The notes under the pieces were generated by a model. That model did no database searches. It was given only the letters and a program-made list of their open reading frames with translations, and was not told the origin of the DNA. From positions 50,782-114,781 of the forward strand of contig CAZPPL010000001.1 in assembly GCA_964588465.1 (NCBI GenBank): a stretch of 64,000 bases of DNA, given 5' to 3'. Below, piece by piece: positions 18,792 through 29,347 of the stretch. Positions within the stretch are counted from its first letter, which is position 1. Every line of letters starts with the position of its first letter. Both the position numbers and the translations under genes were made by a program. The DNA comes from an uncultured Gammaproteobacteria bacterium. Its GTDB lineage: Bacteria > Patescibacteriota > Patescibacteriia > Patescibacteriales > UBA12465.

Positions 18792-20048
18792 ATGTATCAA
18801 ATATTTAAACAAGCAATTAAAGTTCTATTTGCCAATCCTACCCGAACGGTTTTAACCACTCTAGGTGTTATGATTGGAATTGCTACGGTAATCTTGGTAT
18901 TATCAGCTGGAGCAGGATTTAGAAGTTTAATTAATTCTCAATTGCAAGTCTATGGAACTAATACTTTGTTTGTAGAGACCAGAGTACCTCCCACCACTAA
19001 AAATCGTAATGCTGGGGCTATGAGTGCTGATACTGGACGAGCTATTTCGTCAGTCGCTATAACTACCTTCAAAAATAGAGATTTAAAGGATATTTTAAAA
19101 CTTAATAATGTAAAAAATGCTTATGGTTTAGTAGTCGGACAAAAAGTTATTAGTTATCGAGATGTTAGTAAAAGTGTTTTATTTTATGGGACCTCTGCTA
19201 ATCGTTTTAAAATTGATAAGAATACCTTAAAATATGGGAGATTCTTTACCGCCACTGAGGATGCGGGAACGGCTCAAGTGGCTATTTTAGGCAGTAGTTT
19301 AGCTAAAGATTTATTTCCTAATAATCTAAATCCAGTAGGAAAAATAGTCCGTTTAGGCAATCTAAATTTTAAAGTTATTGGGGTTTATAATCCAATGGGA
19401 GTTTTAGGGGGAAATAGTAATGACATGTTATATATTCCCTTAAAAACTGCGCAAAAAAAAATACTCGGCATAAATTATTTATTAATGGCCGTGGTCCAAC
19501 TTAAAAATGTTAATTTAAGTGACGCTACCGCTCGAAATATTAGACTACTACTGCGAGAAAACCATCGCATTAGTAATCCTAATAAAGATGACTTTCTAGT
19601 GCAAACTCAAGCCCAAGCTATGGGCACCTTTAACACTATTTTTGATGGTATTACTATTTTACTAATTGCTATCGCTGCTATATCCCTTATTGTGGGTGGA
19701 GTGGGTATTATGAATATTATGTATGTAGTGGTGACAGAACGGACTATGGAAATCGGACTAAAAAAAGCTTTAGGAGCAAAAAACTCAGATATTTTGAAAG
19801 AATTTTTAGCGGAGTCTATCCTAATCACCCTGCTAGGTGGCATTATTGGTATTGGCTTTGGCTCTATTCTAGGTTATTTAGTAGCCATTATTGCTACCAG
19901 TAAGGGTCTGGCTTGGACTTTTTCAGTTCCGATATATGGTATAATTCTGGCAGTAGGGGTTTCTGCTGTGATTGGTATTGGTTTTGGAGTTTTCCCAGCT
20001 CGTAGCGCGGCTAAGTTAGACCCAATGAAATCTTTAAGACATGAATAA
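18792..20048 (+). CDS. ABC permease, MacB/FtsX family (second paralog)
   Basis: RTVLTTLGVMIG, GGVGIMNIM, ERTMEIGLKKALGA, LDPMKSLRHE. Confidence 0.93.
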   Translation: MYQIFKQAIKVLFANPTRTVLTTLGVMIGIATVILVLSAGAGFRSLINSQLQVYGTNTLFVETRVPPTTKNRNAGAMSADTGRAISSVAITTFKNRDLKDILKLNNVKNAYGLVVGQKVISYRDVSKSVLFYGTSANRFKIDKNTLKYGRFFTATEDAGTAQVAILGSSLAKDLFPNNLNPVGKIVRLGNLNFKVIGVYNPMGVLGGNSNDMLYIPLKTAQKKILGINYLLMAVVQLKNVNLSDATARNIRLLLRENHRISNPNKDDFLVQTQAQAMGTFNTIFDGITILLIAIAAISLIVGGVGIMNIMYVVVTERTMEIGLKKALGAKNSDILKEFLAESILITLLGGIIGIGFGSILGYLVAIIATSKGLAWTFSVPIYGIILAVGVSAVIGIGFGVFPARSAAKLDPMKSLRHE

Positions 20049-20060
20049 AATTATAAATAT

Positions 20061-20540
20061 ATGGAAATCACTAAAATTAAATCCAAAATTAGAAGACCTT
20101 TTAAGAGTAAACGAGAAAAATTATTACAGACCTTAATTACTAAATTAATGCAAGCAATTAAGAAAATACATAGTGGCCAAAATTTTCCTTTTGGAGATTT
20201 TACTCTTACCCACCAGCAAATTATGATTCTATTTTTTATCGCTAAACATAAACGAGGAGTAATAGTGAAAGATTTAGCTAATTTTTTACAAGTGACTCCT
20301 GGAGCTATTACTCAATTTACTGATGTTTTAGTAAGTTATAAATTAGTATGTCGAGAAAGAACTACTGACGATCGTCGTTTAACTAAAATTAAACTAAGTC
20401 CAGCTGCTCAAATCAAATTCAAAAAATTTAAGAACGACTACCTGTTTTCTGCTAGCCAAGCTTTTGAAAACTTAACTATTAATGAACTACAAGAATTTAT
20501 TAGATTAATAGAAAAAATTACTATCAAAGATAAAGGTTAA
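20061..20540 (+). CDS. MarR family transcriptional regulator
   Basis: LTHQQIMIL, DLANFLQVTPGAITQ, wing DDRR. Confidence 0.9.
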   Translation: MEITKIKSKIRRPFKSKREKLLQTLITKLMQAIKKIHSGQNFPFGDFTLTHQQIMILFFIAKHKRGVIVKDLANFLQVTPGAITQFTDVLVSYKLVCRERTTDDRRLTKIKLSPAAQIKFKKFKNDYLFSASQAFENLTINELQEFIRLIEKITIKDKG

Positions 20541-20791
20541 GCTATCTAAGTTCAGATACATATTGGAATCTATTTGAGTCCAGAATGTATATAAATAGGT
20601 TTTAAATACCATAATTGTCTAGAATTTGGTAAATTATATAATTATAGTATTGAATATAGTTAAATTTGAATTAATTCATTCATATTTTAAATCAAGAGTA
20701 GTCTAATATATATAAATACGTTTAGTAGATAATTTAATAGAACCGTGTTAAAATAATAAATAATAAAGTTTAAATATTATTTATTAACTTT

Positions 20792-21187
20792 ATGAAAAAA
20801 AAGAATTTTATAATTGTTATTCTATTACTTATCCTGTTATTTCTTGTTTTTCTATTCTTCAGACAAAAAACTAAATCAAAGGCTATAAATACTAATAATT
20901 CTTCAATCACTAACACTAGTAACGAAAACTCTAGTACAACAACTGGAAATTCAGTGACTATGAACGGTTGGCTAAGATGTTTACCTCACAAGACTAGGGG
21001 AGTGCTCTGTGTTATTGGTATAGAAAACAGTGATAATCAAATTTATGGATTGATTAAACAAAATGGTAAGCTTTTGGATCCTACCCAACTAACGACTGGA
21101 AGTCGTTATAAAGTTACTGGTAATTATGTAGCTACTCCTAATTCTCTACAAGCTTATAAAATTCAAGGAACTATTAAACTTAAATAA
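20792..21187 (+). CDS. Hypothetical membrane-anchored protein
   Basis: N-terminal TM, S/T/N linker, CLPHK...CVIGI small domain. Confidence 0.7.
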   Translation: MKKKNFIIVILLLILLFLVFLFFRQKTKSKAINTNNSSITNTSNENSSTTTGNSVTMNGWLRCLPHKTRGVLCVIGIENSDNQIYGLIKQNGKLLDPTQLTTGSRYKVTGNYVATPNSLQAYKIQGTIKLK

Positions 21188-21292
21188 ATTAAATCAAAAT
21201 ATTAACACATCAATTTAAGCTATTTCTTGGAATTTTTTATAAAATTATGCTAAAATATAAAGGTTATATAGAAATTAATTAAATTTAAAATT

Positions 21293-21787
21293 ATGTCCAA
21301 GAAAATATTAAAATCTATCACAATTATTGCCACTCTTAGTTTAATGGCCTTTATTGTTATCATAGTATTTAATTCATCTAAGTCTCAGGCCGCTGGTAAT
21401 ACTATTAAGGTAAGTGCCAGTGATCTGACTAATGCCGGTTTTACTGGAGTTAAAAAAATTAAACCCCAGGCTAACGGTCGCTATGTTGGACCAAATCTAT
21501 ATTTTTCAGTTAATAACAAACTAAGTCCAGCAGATTCTAAAATTCCTAAAGCGGTTATGATTGATGATTTGCTATTGCCTTATAATCCACCTACTGGGGC
21601 TCTATTTATCTACGGTTCCGATAGCCATAGTTTTAATATTCACGACGGGGCAGGGAAAGAGGCGACTATAGCTGACGGTCGTACCGCAATTAATTTTGTT
21701 AAAGGCTATCATTATATAGTTGTTATCGGCCCCAATAAAACCGATACCGAAAACTTAGCCTCAAATTTAGCTAATAAGATTCAATAA
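21293..21787 (+). CDS. Hypothetical secreted protein
   Basis: Signal/anchor ending SQAA; no known motif. Confidence 0.7.
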   Translation: MSKKILKSITIIATLSLMAFIVIIVFNSSKSQAAGNTIKVSASDLTNAGFTGVKKIKPQANGRYVGPNLYFSVNNKLSPADSKIPKAVMIDDLLLPYNPPTGALFIYGSDSHSFNIHDGAGKEATIADGRTAINFVKGYHYIVVIGPNKTDTENLASNLANKIQ

Positions 21788-21813
21788 AGCTAGATTGGAT
21801 TAATCTTAAAATT

Positions 21814-24300
21814 ATGAAAAAATTACTATATTTTAGCGTTAGCGCTTTAGTAATTACCTTTTTTTTAGCCCTAACTAGCTCAGCGAGTGCTAGTTCGCCA
21901 ATCTTAAAATTAATCGCTACTGGCGTGGGAGATAAAGTGGAAATAAATATTAGTGGAGCTAGTGCTAATACTAATGTTTTATTACATTATAATAAAACTA
22001 ATGGTAATTCTTATCTTCAATATTTAGGCGAAACCAATTCTAGTGGTACTTACAATACAACTATTAGCACTGCTAAATATAACATTAGTCCTAATGCCCT
22101 AATTTATGTAAGTATTGATAAACAAGATTCTAACTCCTTGGCTTGGCCTTATAATGTTTCAACTAGTGGAGCTATAGCTTTGAATCAAACCAGTGTGGTA
22201 TTGCCAGTAGCCCAATCTACTAATTTAACAGTCTCTAACGCCAGTGGCAAAGTGCTATATCTATTGAATAATTCTAATCCACAAATTGCTAATATTAATA
22301 TAATCGGTAGTCAAATTACAATTTTAGCAAACTCTTATGGTCAAACAGTAGCAACTATTTGTGCCTTAGGTACCACCTCTAATTGCGCTAGTACTTATAT
22401 TACTGTCCAAAATTCCGGAGCTACAGTCTTAACTTTCAGCCAAGCTAATTTGACTATCGCTTCTGGTCAAAATTCGTTAGTTACCATTTTAAATGCTAAT
22501 AAAAGTATAAACTATTCAATTTTGAGTAATTCTAATCCCAACATTATTTCAGCTAGTATCGCAGGCGCAATTATTACTTTAGATGCTAAGGGTAATAATG
22601 GTTCTGCCTCTTTAACAATTTGTTCAACGGACATGAGCGCCTGTGGTATTATTAAAGCTACTGCTGGTAATATCACCTCCACTGGTTTAAATTTTAGTCA
22701 AACTGCCCCCAATTTATCAATTGGTCAAACTCTAAATATCATCCTTTCTGGAGGAAACAATTATAATATTTCTTCCAACTCTAATCCAACAGCAGTTCAA
22801 GCTAGTATAAACAATACTGATAAATTAACTCTAATTGGTAATAAAACTGGTTCATCAATAATTACAGTTTGTTCTTCTACTGGCAATTGTGGTTCTATCA
22901 CTGCAACAATAAGTTACACTACTAGCGGACCAATAACTTTGAGTCAAAATAATCTCTGGCTTAGAATAGGCCAAGCCATAAGTATAAGTATTTCGGGTGG
23001 TTCCAGACCCTATAGTTTACTCAGCACTAATACTTCTAATAATATTTTTAAAGCTACTTTAAACAATAATATTTTAACTATGAGTGGGCTTAGTGCTGGC
23101 TCCGGAAATATTAATGTTTGTTCTGCGGGTGGAGCTTGTACACAATTGGCAGTTTTAGTTAATGGGGAAAGTTATAGCAAACAATTATCTTTTAGTAATA
23201 ATAATTTAAAATTAGATATTGGTGACACCGCTAAAATAAATATTTATGGCAATGGTGGCTATTATATTTCCAATACTAATAGTCAAAATATTGCTTTAAT
23301 AAAACTAGACGCTTCTACTATTAATGTTTCCGCTCTTAAAGCCGGTAGTGCTAATGCTACTGTCTGTCAAACTGGCGGTCAGTGCAGTGTACTTTATGTG
23401 GCAGTAGGTTCCAATACCACAAATAAACCCTTGAGTTTCAGTCAGAATAACCCCATTATATCTCTAGGGCAAGATTTAACTATTTCTCTGTCTGGCGGAT
23501 TAACTAATAATTATTATATTTCTTCTAATTCCAATCCCACAGTGGTAAAAACTAGTATTACCAGCTCTAGTTTAAAATTATCTGGTCTAAACAAAGGTTC
23601 TTCGGTTCTGGTAATCTGTTCAGCAACTAATAGTTGTAACTCTTTAGCAGTAGCCATAACCACTGCCAGTCTAAAACCTACTGAAACGACTAATGTCAAT
23701 CCAGGTAATACAGTTTTAATGGCCGTTGCTAGTCAATCTAAAATTATTGCCAGCGGCAATATTAATTTAATCTTAAGTGGTATTAAGAGGACTAGAGATT
23801 TAAACTTAGAACATACTACTTTAATAAAATATGTGGATCCGCTACTGAAAAACTTCAATCCACAGGCTACTGAAATTAATGATTTAACCTATTTTATTGC
23901 TTACGGTACTAATGACACTCTAAAATTAGGTGCTGGGGAACGAGCCGGAGTTATTGGTTCTTATCTGGAGGCTTATGATAAATTACCAAATTCTACAGGA
24001 CAATGGTCTGATGTTTTAAAAATATCCTTGGGACGTTGGCCAAGCGAAATTAGTCCTAGTGCTATTTCTCAAGCTAAACTAGAATTTATCAAAGTCTATA
24101 ATCGTCCAGCTAATATGAACAATAATATAGATCTCAACGCTATTACCGTTATCGCTTATGGTTTAAGACCAAGCAAACGTAATAGCAATAGTGAAAGACA
24201 GGCAATAAAATCTTTTGAAGACGTCTATAGACATCCTCCAGTGGATTCTTTAGCTTGGAATATTGTACGAGCAATCGCCTATAGTGGAGCAAGTAGATAA
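21814..24300 (+). CDS. Secreted surface protein with six Ig-like disulfide repeats and a helical C-terminal domain
   Basis: Signal peptide (ASA), six ~85-aa S/N/T-rich repeats each ending in a Cys pair, C-terminal IAYG/IAYSG domain. Confidence 0.8.
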   Translation: MKKLLYFSVSALVITFFLALTSSASASSPILKLIATGVGDKVEINISGASANTNVLLHYNKTNGNSYLQYLGETNSSGTYNTTISTAKYNISPNALIYVSIDKQDSNSLAWPYNVSTSGAIALNQTSVVLPVAQSTNLTVSNASGKVLYLLNNSNPQIANINIIGSQITILANSYGQTVATICALGTTSNCASTYITVQNSGATVLTFSQANLTIASGQNSLVTILNANKSINYSILSNSNPNIISASIAGAIITLDAKGNNGSASLTICSTDMSACGIIKATAGNITSTGLNFSQTAPNLSIGQTLNIILSGGNNYNISSNSNPTAVQASINNTDKLTLIGNKTGSSIITVCSSTGNCGSITATISYTTSGPITLSQNNLWLRIGQAISISISGGSRPYSLLSTNTSNNIFKATLNNNILTMSGLSAGSGNINVCSAGGACTQLAVLVNGESYSKQLSFSNNNLKLDIGDTAKINIYGNGGYYISNTNSQNIALIKLDASTINVSALKAGSANATVCQTGGQCSVLYVAVGSNTTNKPLSFSQNNPIISLGQDLTISLSGGLTNNYYISSNSNPTVVKTSITSSSLKLSGLNKGSSVLVICSATNSCNSLAVAITTASLKPTETTNVNPGNTVLMAVASQSKIIASGNINLILSGIKRTRDLNLEHTTLIKYVDPLLKNFNPQATEINDLTYFIAYGTNDTLKLGAGERAGVIGSYLEAYDKLPNSTGQWSDVLKISLGRWPSEISPSAISQAKLEFIKVYNRPANMNNNIDLNAITVIAYGLRPSKRNSNSERQAIKSFEDVYRHPPVDSLAWNIVRAIAYSGASR

Positions 24301-24486
24301 TAAGTAAACTCAATATAATATTATATAATTACTTCACAATATTTAATTTAGTTTAAATGCTGACTATTATTAGCCTAGACTTTTTTTAGTTTTAAGTTTA
24401 TTATGCTAAGCTTAAAAAATATACAGCTATAATTTAATAAATCTTTAAATTCTAAAACTTAACATTATCATATTTTGTTTATTTCT

Positions 24487-26322
24487 ATGACTAGTTTATT
24501 CAAATTAAAAAGTAATTTCTTACCATCTGGAGATCAACCAAAGGCTATTAAGGAATTACAATCGGGCTTGGATAAAAATTTTAGATATCAAACTCTCCTA
24601 GGCGTAACTGGCAGTGGCAAAACCTTCACTATTGCTAATTTAGTTGCCAATATAGATAAACCAGTTTTAGTAATCGCTCCTAATAAAGCTTTAGCTGCGC
24701 AACTATACCGAGAATATAAAAATTTCTTTCCAGACAATGTGGTTCACTATTTTGTATCATATTATGACTATTACCAACCAGAAGCCTATTTACCTATAAC
24801 TGACACCTATATTGATAAAGAAGCTATGATTAATCAGGAAATAGATCGTTTACGCCACGGAGCGACCTCTGCGCTACTTTCTCGTCGTGATGTAATTATT
24901 GTAGCTTCGGTTTCTTGTATTTATAATTTAGGTTTACCCATCACTTATTTAGAATCACGCTTGGTGCTGCAGAAAGATAAACCAATGGTGCGAGCAGATT
25001 TAATAAAACAATTAGTGAAAATTCAATTTAAACGCAGTAATGGAGAGATTAAACGTGGAGAATTTCGAGTTCGTGGTGAAGCTTTTGAAATCAGACCTAT
25101 GTCTGAAAATATTATATATCGTTTAGAATTGAATAAACAAAAAATTTTTGATTTGACAATTATTAATAATACTACTAATCAAAATATTATTGGTAACTTA
25201 GAAGAGTTAGTAATCTTTCCCCCTAAACATTTTATCTCTACTAAACCACAGATAGAATCGGCACTTCATAATATTCGGGAGGAATTACAAGAACGTTTAG
25301 CTTATTTTAAGAAAGAGGGGTTATTACTAGAAGCAGAACGGCTGAATAGAAGGACTAAATATGATATGGAAATGCTTCACAGTTTGGGCTATTGTCATGG
25401 CATTGAAAACTATTCTCGTCACTTAACTGGTAAGCTGGCCGGACAAGCCCCTGATTCTTTGCTAGCCTATTTCCCTCAGAAAAATGGAAAACCAGATTTT
25501 CTAACCATCATTGATGAATCTCATATCACTGTACCACAAATTGGTGGGATGTATAATGGGGATCAAGCTCGTAAAAAGACTTTAATTCAATATGGCTGGC
25601 GCTTACCTTCAGCTCTAGATAATAGACCTTTGAAATTCAAAGAATTTATCAATAGAGTAGGACCAATAATATTTACTACAGCTACACCCGGAAATTTTGA
25701 ATATAAAAACTCGCAACAAATAGTGGAACAAGTAATTCGTCCTACTGGCTTAATTGATCCTGAAATAGAAATTCGTCCAATATTTAATAAACAAAAAAAT
25801 TATAGTCAAATAAATGATGTTATGGTGGAAATCAAAAAAATTACTGAACAGGGTGAACGGGCAATAATAAATACTTTGACCAAAAAGCAAGCGGAAGACT
25901 TAAATGTTTATCTGAATTCTCAAGGTTTTTCAACCAATTATTTACATTCTGGTATTAAAACTTTACAACGAACCGAAATTTTGAAAAATTTTAGGATTGG
26001 TAAATTTAATACTTTAATTGGAGTCAATCTGTTACGCGAAGGTCTGGACCTGCCAGAAGTTACTTTAGTGGCTATTTTGGATGCTGATCGCGAAGGATTC
26101 TTACGTAGTGACACCGCTCTAATGCAGACCATGGGTAGGGCCTCTCGTAATGTGAAAGGTAAAATAATATTATATGCTGACCAGATTACGGGTTCAATGC
26201 GTAGAGCTATGAAAGAGGTAAAACGGCGGAGAGTTAAACAATTAGCCTATAATAAAAAACATAATATTATTCCTAGAAATATTACCAAAAAAATTGAAGG
26301 ATTCTTAGATATAACTAAATAA
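24487..26322 (+). CDS. uvrB: Excinuclease ABC subunit B (lacks C-terminal UVR domain)
   Basis: GDQP, GVTGSGKT, YYDYYQPEAY, DESH, LREGLDLPEV, QTMGRASRN. Confidence 0.97.
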   Translation: MTSLFKLKSNFLPSGDQPKAIKELQSGLDKNFRYQTLLGVTGSGKTFTIANLVANIDKPVLVIAPNKALAAQLYREYKNFFPDNVVHYFVSYYDYYQPEAYLPITDTYIDKEAMINQEIDRLRHGATSALLSRRDVIIVASVSCIYNLGLPITYLESRLVLQKDKPMVRADLIKQLVKIQFKRSNGEIKRGEFRVRGEAFEIRPMSENIIYRLELNKQKIFDLTIINNTTNQNIIGNLEELVIFPPKHFISTKPQIESALHNIREELQERLAYFKKEGLLLEAERLNRRTKYDMEMLHSLGYCHGIENYSRHLTGKLAGQAPDSLLAYFPQKNGKPDFLTIIDESHITVPQIGGMYNGDQARKKTLIQYGWRLPSALDNRPLKFKEFINRVGPIIFTTATPGNFEYKNSQQIVEQVIRPTGLIDPEIEIRPIFNKQKNYSQINDVMVEIKKITEQGERAIINTLTKKQAEDLNVYLNSQGFSTNYLHSGIKTLQRTEILKNFRIGKFNTLIGVNLLREGLDLPEVTLVAILDADREGFLRSDTALMQTMGRASRNVKGKIILYADQITGSMRRAMKEVKRRRVKQLAYNKKHNIIPRNITKKIEGFLDITK

Positions 26323-26334
26323 TATATTACTAAT

Positions 26335-26811
26335 ATGGCTATCAAACAAACCACTAAAATTACAGTTAAGGACCTAGGAACTTGTCAAGAATATATTCCT
26401 CTCGTCTCTAAATGGTTATGGAAACAATGGGCACATCGTAGCGGCCATAGTTTAAAAGGAATAATATATCGTACTGAACATTGTTTAACTAAAAAATGTC
26501 CTCAAACTTTAATCGCCTTTTATAATAATAGACCGGCGGGAACGGTATCACTATGGAAAGCCGATCACCCTTATCGTCAGGATTTAGGTCCTTGGCTTAG
26601 CTGTTTATTTGTACTACCTATATATCGCAATAAAGGAGTCGGGCGGGCACTACAGGCTACCATATTGAAAAAGGCCAAATTAGCTAAATTTAAAAAAATA
26701 TATTTAATAGCTAATTTAAAAAATTATTATGAAAAATCTGGCTGGAAATTTATAGAAAATGGTTTATATACCCGAGGGAGATTTGTTAATTTATATGAAT
26801 ACAAACTATAA
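26335..26811 (+). CDS. GNAT family N-acetyltransferase
   Basis: [18 protein letters not shown] (motif A), YYEKSGW. Confidence 0.88.
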   Translation: MAIKQTTKITVKDLGTCQEYIPLVSKWLWKQWAHRSGHSLKGIIYRTEHCLTKKCPQTLIAFYNNRPAGTVSLWKADHPYRQDLGPWLSCLFVLPIYRNKGVGRALQATILKKAKLAKFKKIYLIANLKNYYEKSGWKFIENGLYTRGRFVNLYEYKL

Positions 26812-26815
26812 CTTA

Positions 26816-29323
26816 ATGACCGAGAAACTAATTATTCGTGGAGCACGAATGCATAATTTAAAAAATATAAATTTGGAAATACCCCATAATAAATTAACCG
26901 TTATTACTGGTGTTTCTGGTAGCGGTAAATCATCGCTGGCTTTTGATACAATTTTTGCTGAAGGGCAACGCCAATACGTTGAATCTCTATCCCCTTATAT
27001 GCGCCAATTCCTAGGCCAGAAGAAACCAGCGAAGGTGGATGAAATAATTGGTTTAGCTCCATCTATCTCTATTGACCAAAAAGCTTTATCTCATAATCCA
27101 CGTTCTACGGTGGGGACTTTGACTGATATTTATGATTATCTGCGAGTACTCTATGCTCGGGTCGGAAAAGTGTTTTGTCCAATCTGTGGCACCAGGATAG
27201 AAAAACTCACCGCCCAAGAGATGGTGGATATAATTATTGAACGGGGTAAAAAATTATCAGAAAAATATGTGAATATTCTATCACCAGTTATTCGCGACCG
27301 AAAAGGAGAATATTATCAACTATTATACAACTATCTATCACTAGGTTATAGCAAAGTACGGATTGATGGTAAAATTCATTCTCTACGTGAACAACTAAAA
27401 TTGGCTCCTAAGAAGAAGCATAATATTGACCTAGTAATTGACAAAATATCGTTTGATGACCAGACTCGCTTATTTGAAGCCGTAGAAAACTCTTTAACTT
27501 ATAGTCACGGACTATTAATAGCTCAATACTTTACTAAAGAGTTTCTATTATCAGCCAATTGGACCTGCCCTCAGGATAATTTTTCTTTTGGAGAAATAGA
27601 ACCTCGCCTATTTTCTTTTAATTCACCACATGGTGCTTGTCCTAAATGTAACGGACTGGGAAAAACAAAATTTTTTTCTAATGAACTCTGCCCAGTTTGC
27701 CAAGGACAGCGTTTACGGCCAGAAGCTTTAGCGGTTAAGATACAAGGTAAGAATATCGCTGAAATTGGTAAACTTTCTATTAAACACGCTCTAAAATTCT
27801 TCAATGATTATTATGAACAGATGAGCAAACGAGAAAGAGTTATCGCCGAAAATGTACTTATTCAAATAATCAGCCGTCTAGAATTTCTATTAAAAGTGGG
27901 ATTACACTATTTATGTTTGGAACGATCGGCCTATAGCCTATCTGGCGGGGAAGCACAACGTATTCGTCTTTCTTCACAGATTGGTTCCCAATTATCTAGA
28001 ACCCTATACGTACTAGATGAACCCACTATTGGCCTACATGAACGAGATACTACTAAACTAATAGAAACTCTACAGAAATTACGGGACAAACATAATACTG
28101 TTATTATTGTAGAACATGACGAGCGAACGATTCTAGCTTCAGATTATTTAGTTGATCTTGGTCCTCTGGCGGGTATTCAAGGTGGAGAGATTATGGCTAT
28201 AGGAGTAACTAAAGATCTGCTGAATGATAAAAAAAATGAGATTGCCTTGAAGAAATCTTTAACTCTGCAATATTTAAAAGGTGAAAAAAGGATTGATTTA
28301 CCAAAAAATCGTCGTCGACAAAATCATGGTGAGATAAAAATTCGTGGGGCTTATGCTAATAATTTGAAGAATTTAAATGTTAATATTCCTCTTGGCCGTT
28401 TAGTGGGTATTAGCGGTGTGTCGGGTAGCGGTAAATCTTCACTCTTATATGATGTTATTTATAGAAATATAAGTAAACTGAAAAATCAAAGAAATAAAAT
28501 TAAACTAGAACAAGTTAAGGATATAAAGGGGAGTGAATATATCAATAAAATAGTAATTATTAGCCAATCACCAATTGGTAGAACGCCTCGTTCCAATCCT
28601 GCAACTTATACGGGAATTTTCACCCCTATCAGAGATTTCTTTGCTTCTTTACCCGCTGCTCGAGAAAAAGGTTATACAATAGGTCGTTTTTCTTTTAATC
28701 GTCCAGGGGGGCGTTGTGAGGCCTGTGGCGGAGCTGGAGCTAGATTGATTGAGATGCATTTTTTGCCGCCAGTACTAGTAGAATGCGAAGTTTGTCATGG
28801 ACGACGTTTTAATCGAGAAACTTTACAAATTAAATATAAAGGTAAAAATATTGCCGATATTTTAGATTTGAGTATTAATCAGGCTATTTCACACTTTAAA
28901 GATAATTATTTTATTACTGATAAATTAAAGGTTTTACAATCTGTGGGTTTAGGCTATTTAAAAATTGGTCAAAGTGCCACCACCCTATCTGGCGGAGAAG
29001 CACAACGAATTAAAATTGCTAAAGAATTAACTCATACTCTTGGAAAGCGAACTCTATATCTATTAGACGAACCTAGCACTGGCTTGCATTATCAAGATAT
29101 TAATATGCTACTAGCAGTTCTTAATCAATTAGTTGAAAAGGGAAACTCAGTGTTAATTATTGAGCATAATATGCATATTCTTAAATCTATGGATTATATT
29201 ATTGATCTTGGTCCAGATGGTGGAGAGGAAGGGGGAAAATTAGTAGCTAGTGGCGCACCTGAAGATATTGTTCGTGAGTCAAAAAGTATTACTGGGCAAT
29301 ATTTAAAAAAATATTTAAAATAA
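26816..29323 (+). CDS. uvrA: Excinuclease ABC subunit A (lacks insertion domain)
   Basis: Two GVSGSGKSS, two LSGGEAQRI, zinc fingers, [11 protein letters not shown]; ATG at 26816. Confidence 0.97.
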   Translation: MTEKLIIRGARMHNLKNINLEIPHNKLTVITGVSGSGKSSLAFDTIFAEGQRQYVESLSPYMRQFLGQKKPAKVDEIIGLAPSISIDQKALSHNPRSTVGTLTDIYDYLRVLYARVGKVFCPICGTRIEKLTAQEMVDIIIERGKKLSEKYVNILSPVIRDRKGEYYQLLYNYLSLGYSKVRIDGKIHSLREQLKLAPKKKHNIDLVIDKISFDDQTRLFEAVENSLTYSHGLLIAQYFTKEFLLSANWTCPQDNFSFGEIEPRLFSFNSPHGACPKCNGLGKTKFFSNELCPVCQGQRLRPEALAVKIQGKNIAEIGKLSIKHALKFFNDYYEQMSKRERVIAENVLIQIISRLEFLLKVGLHYLCLERSAYSLSGGEAQRIRLSSQIGSQLSRTLYVLDEPTIGLHERDTTKLIETLQKLRDKHNTVIIVEHDERTILASDYLVDLGPLAGIQGGEIMAIGVTKDLLNDKKNEIALKKSLTLQYLKGEKRIDLPKNRRRQNHGEIKIRGAYANNLKNLNVNIPLGRLVGISGVSGSGKSSLLYDVIYRNISKLKNQRNKIKLEQVKDIKGSEYINKIVIISQSPIGRTPRSNPATYTGIFTPIRDFFASLPAAREKGYTIGRFSFNRPGGRCEACGGAGARLIEMHFLPPVLVECEVCHGRRFNRETLQIKYKGKNIADILDLSINQAISHFKDNYFITDKLKVLQSVGLGYLKIGQSATTLSGGEAQRIKIAKELTHTLGKRTLYLLDEPSTGLHYQDINMLLAVLNQLVEKGNSVLIIEHNMHILKSMDYIIDLGPDGGEEGGKLVASGAPEDIVRESKSITGQYLKKYLK

Positions 29324-29347
29324 ATTGGCTGATTACTAAATATTTAT

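Noticed and set aside
16737-26815. ORF-track starts at 16737, 24475 and 26759
   Set aside because: They overlap upstream genes or use weak codons; ATGs at 16797, 24487 and 26816 match family N-termini.
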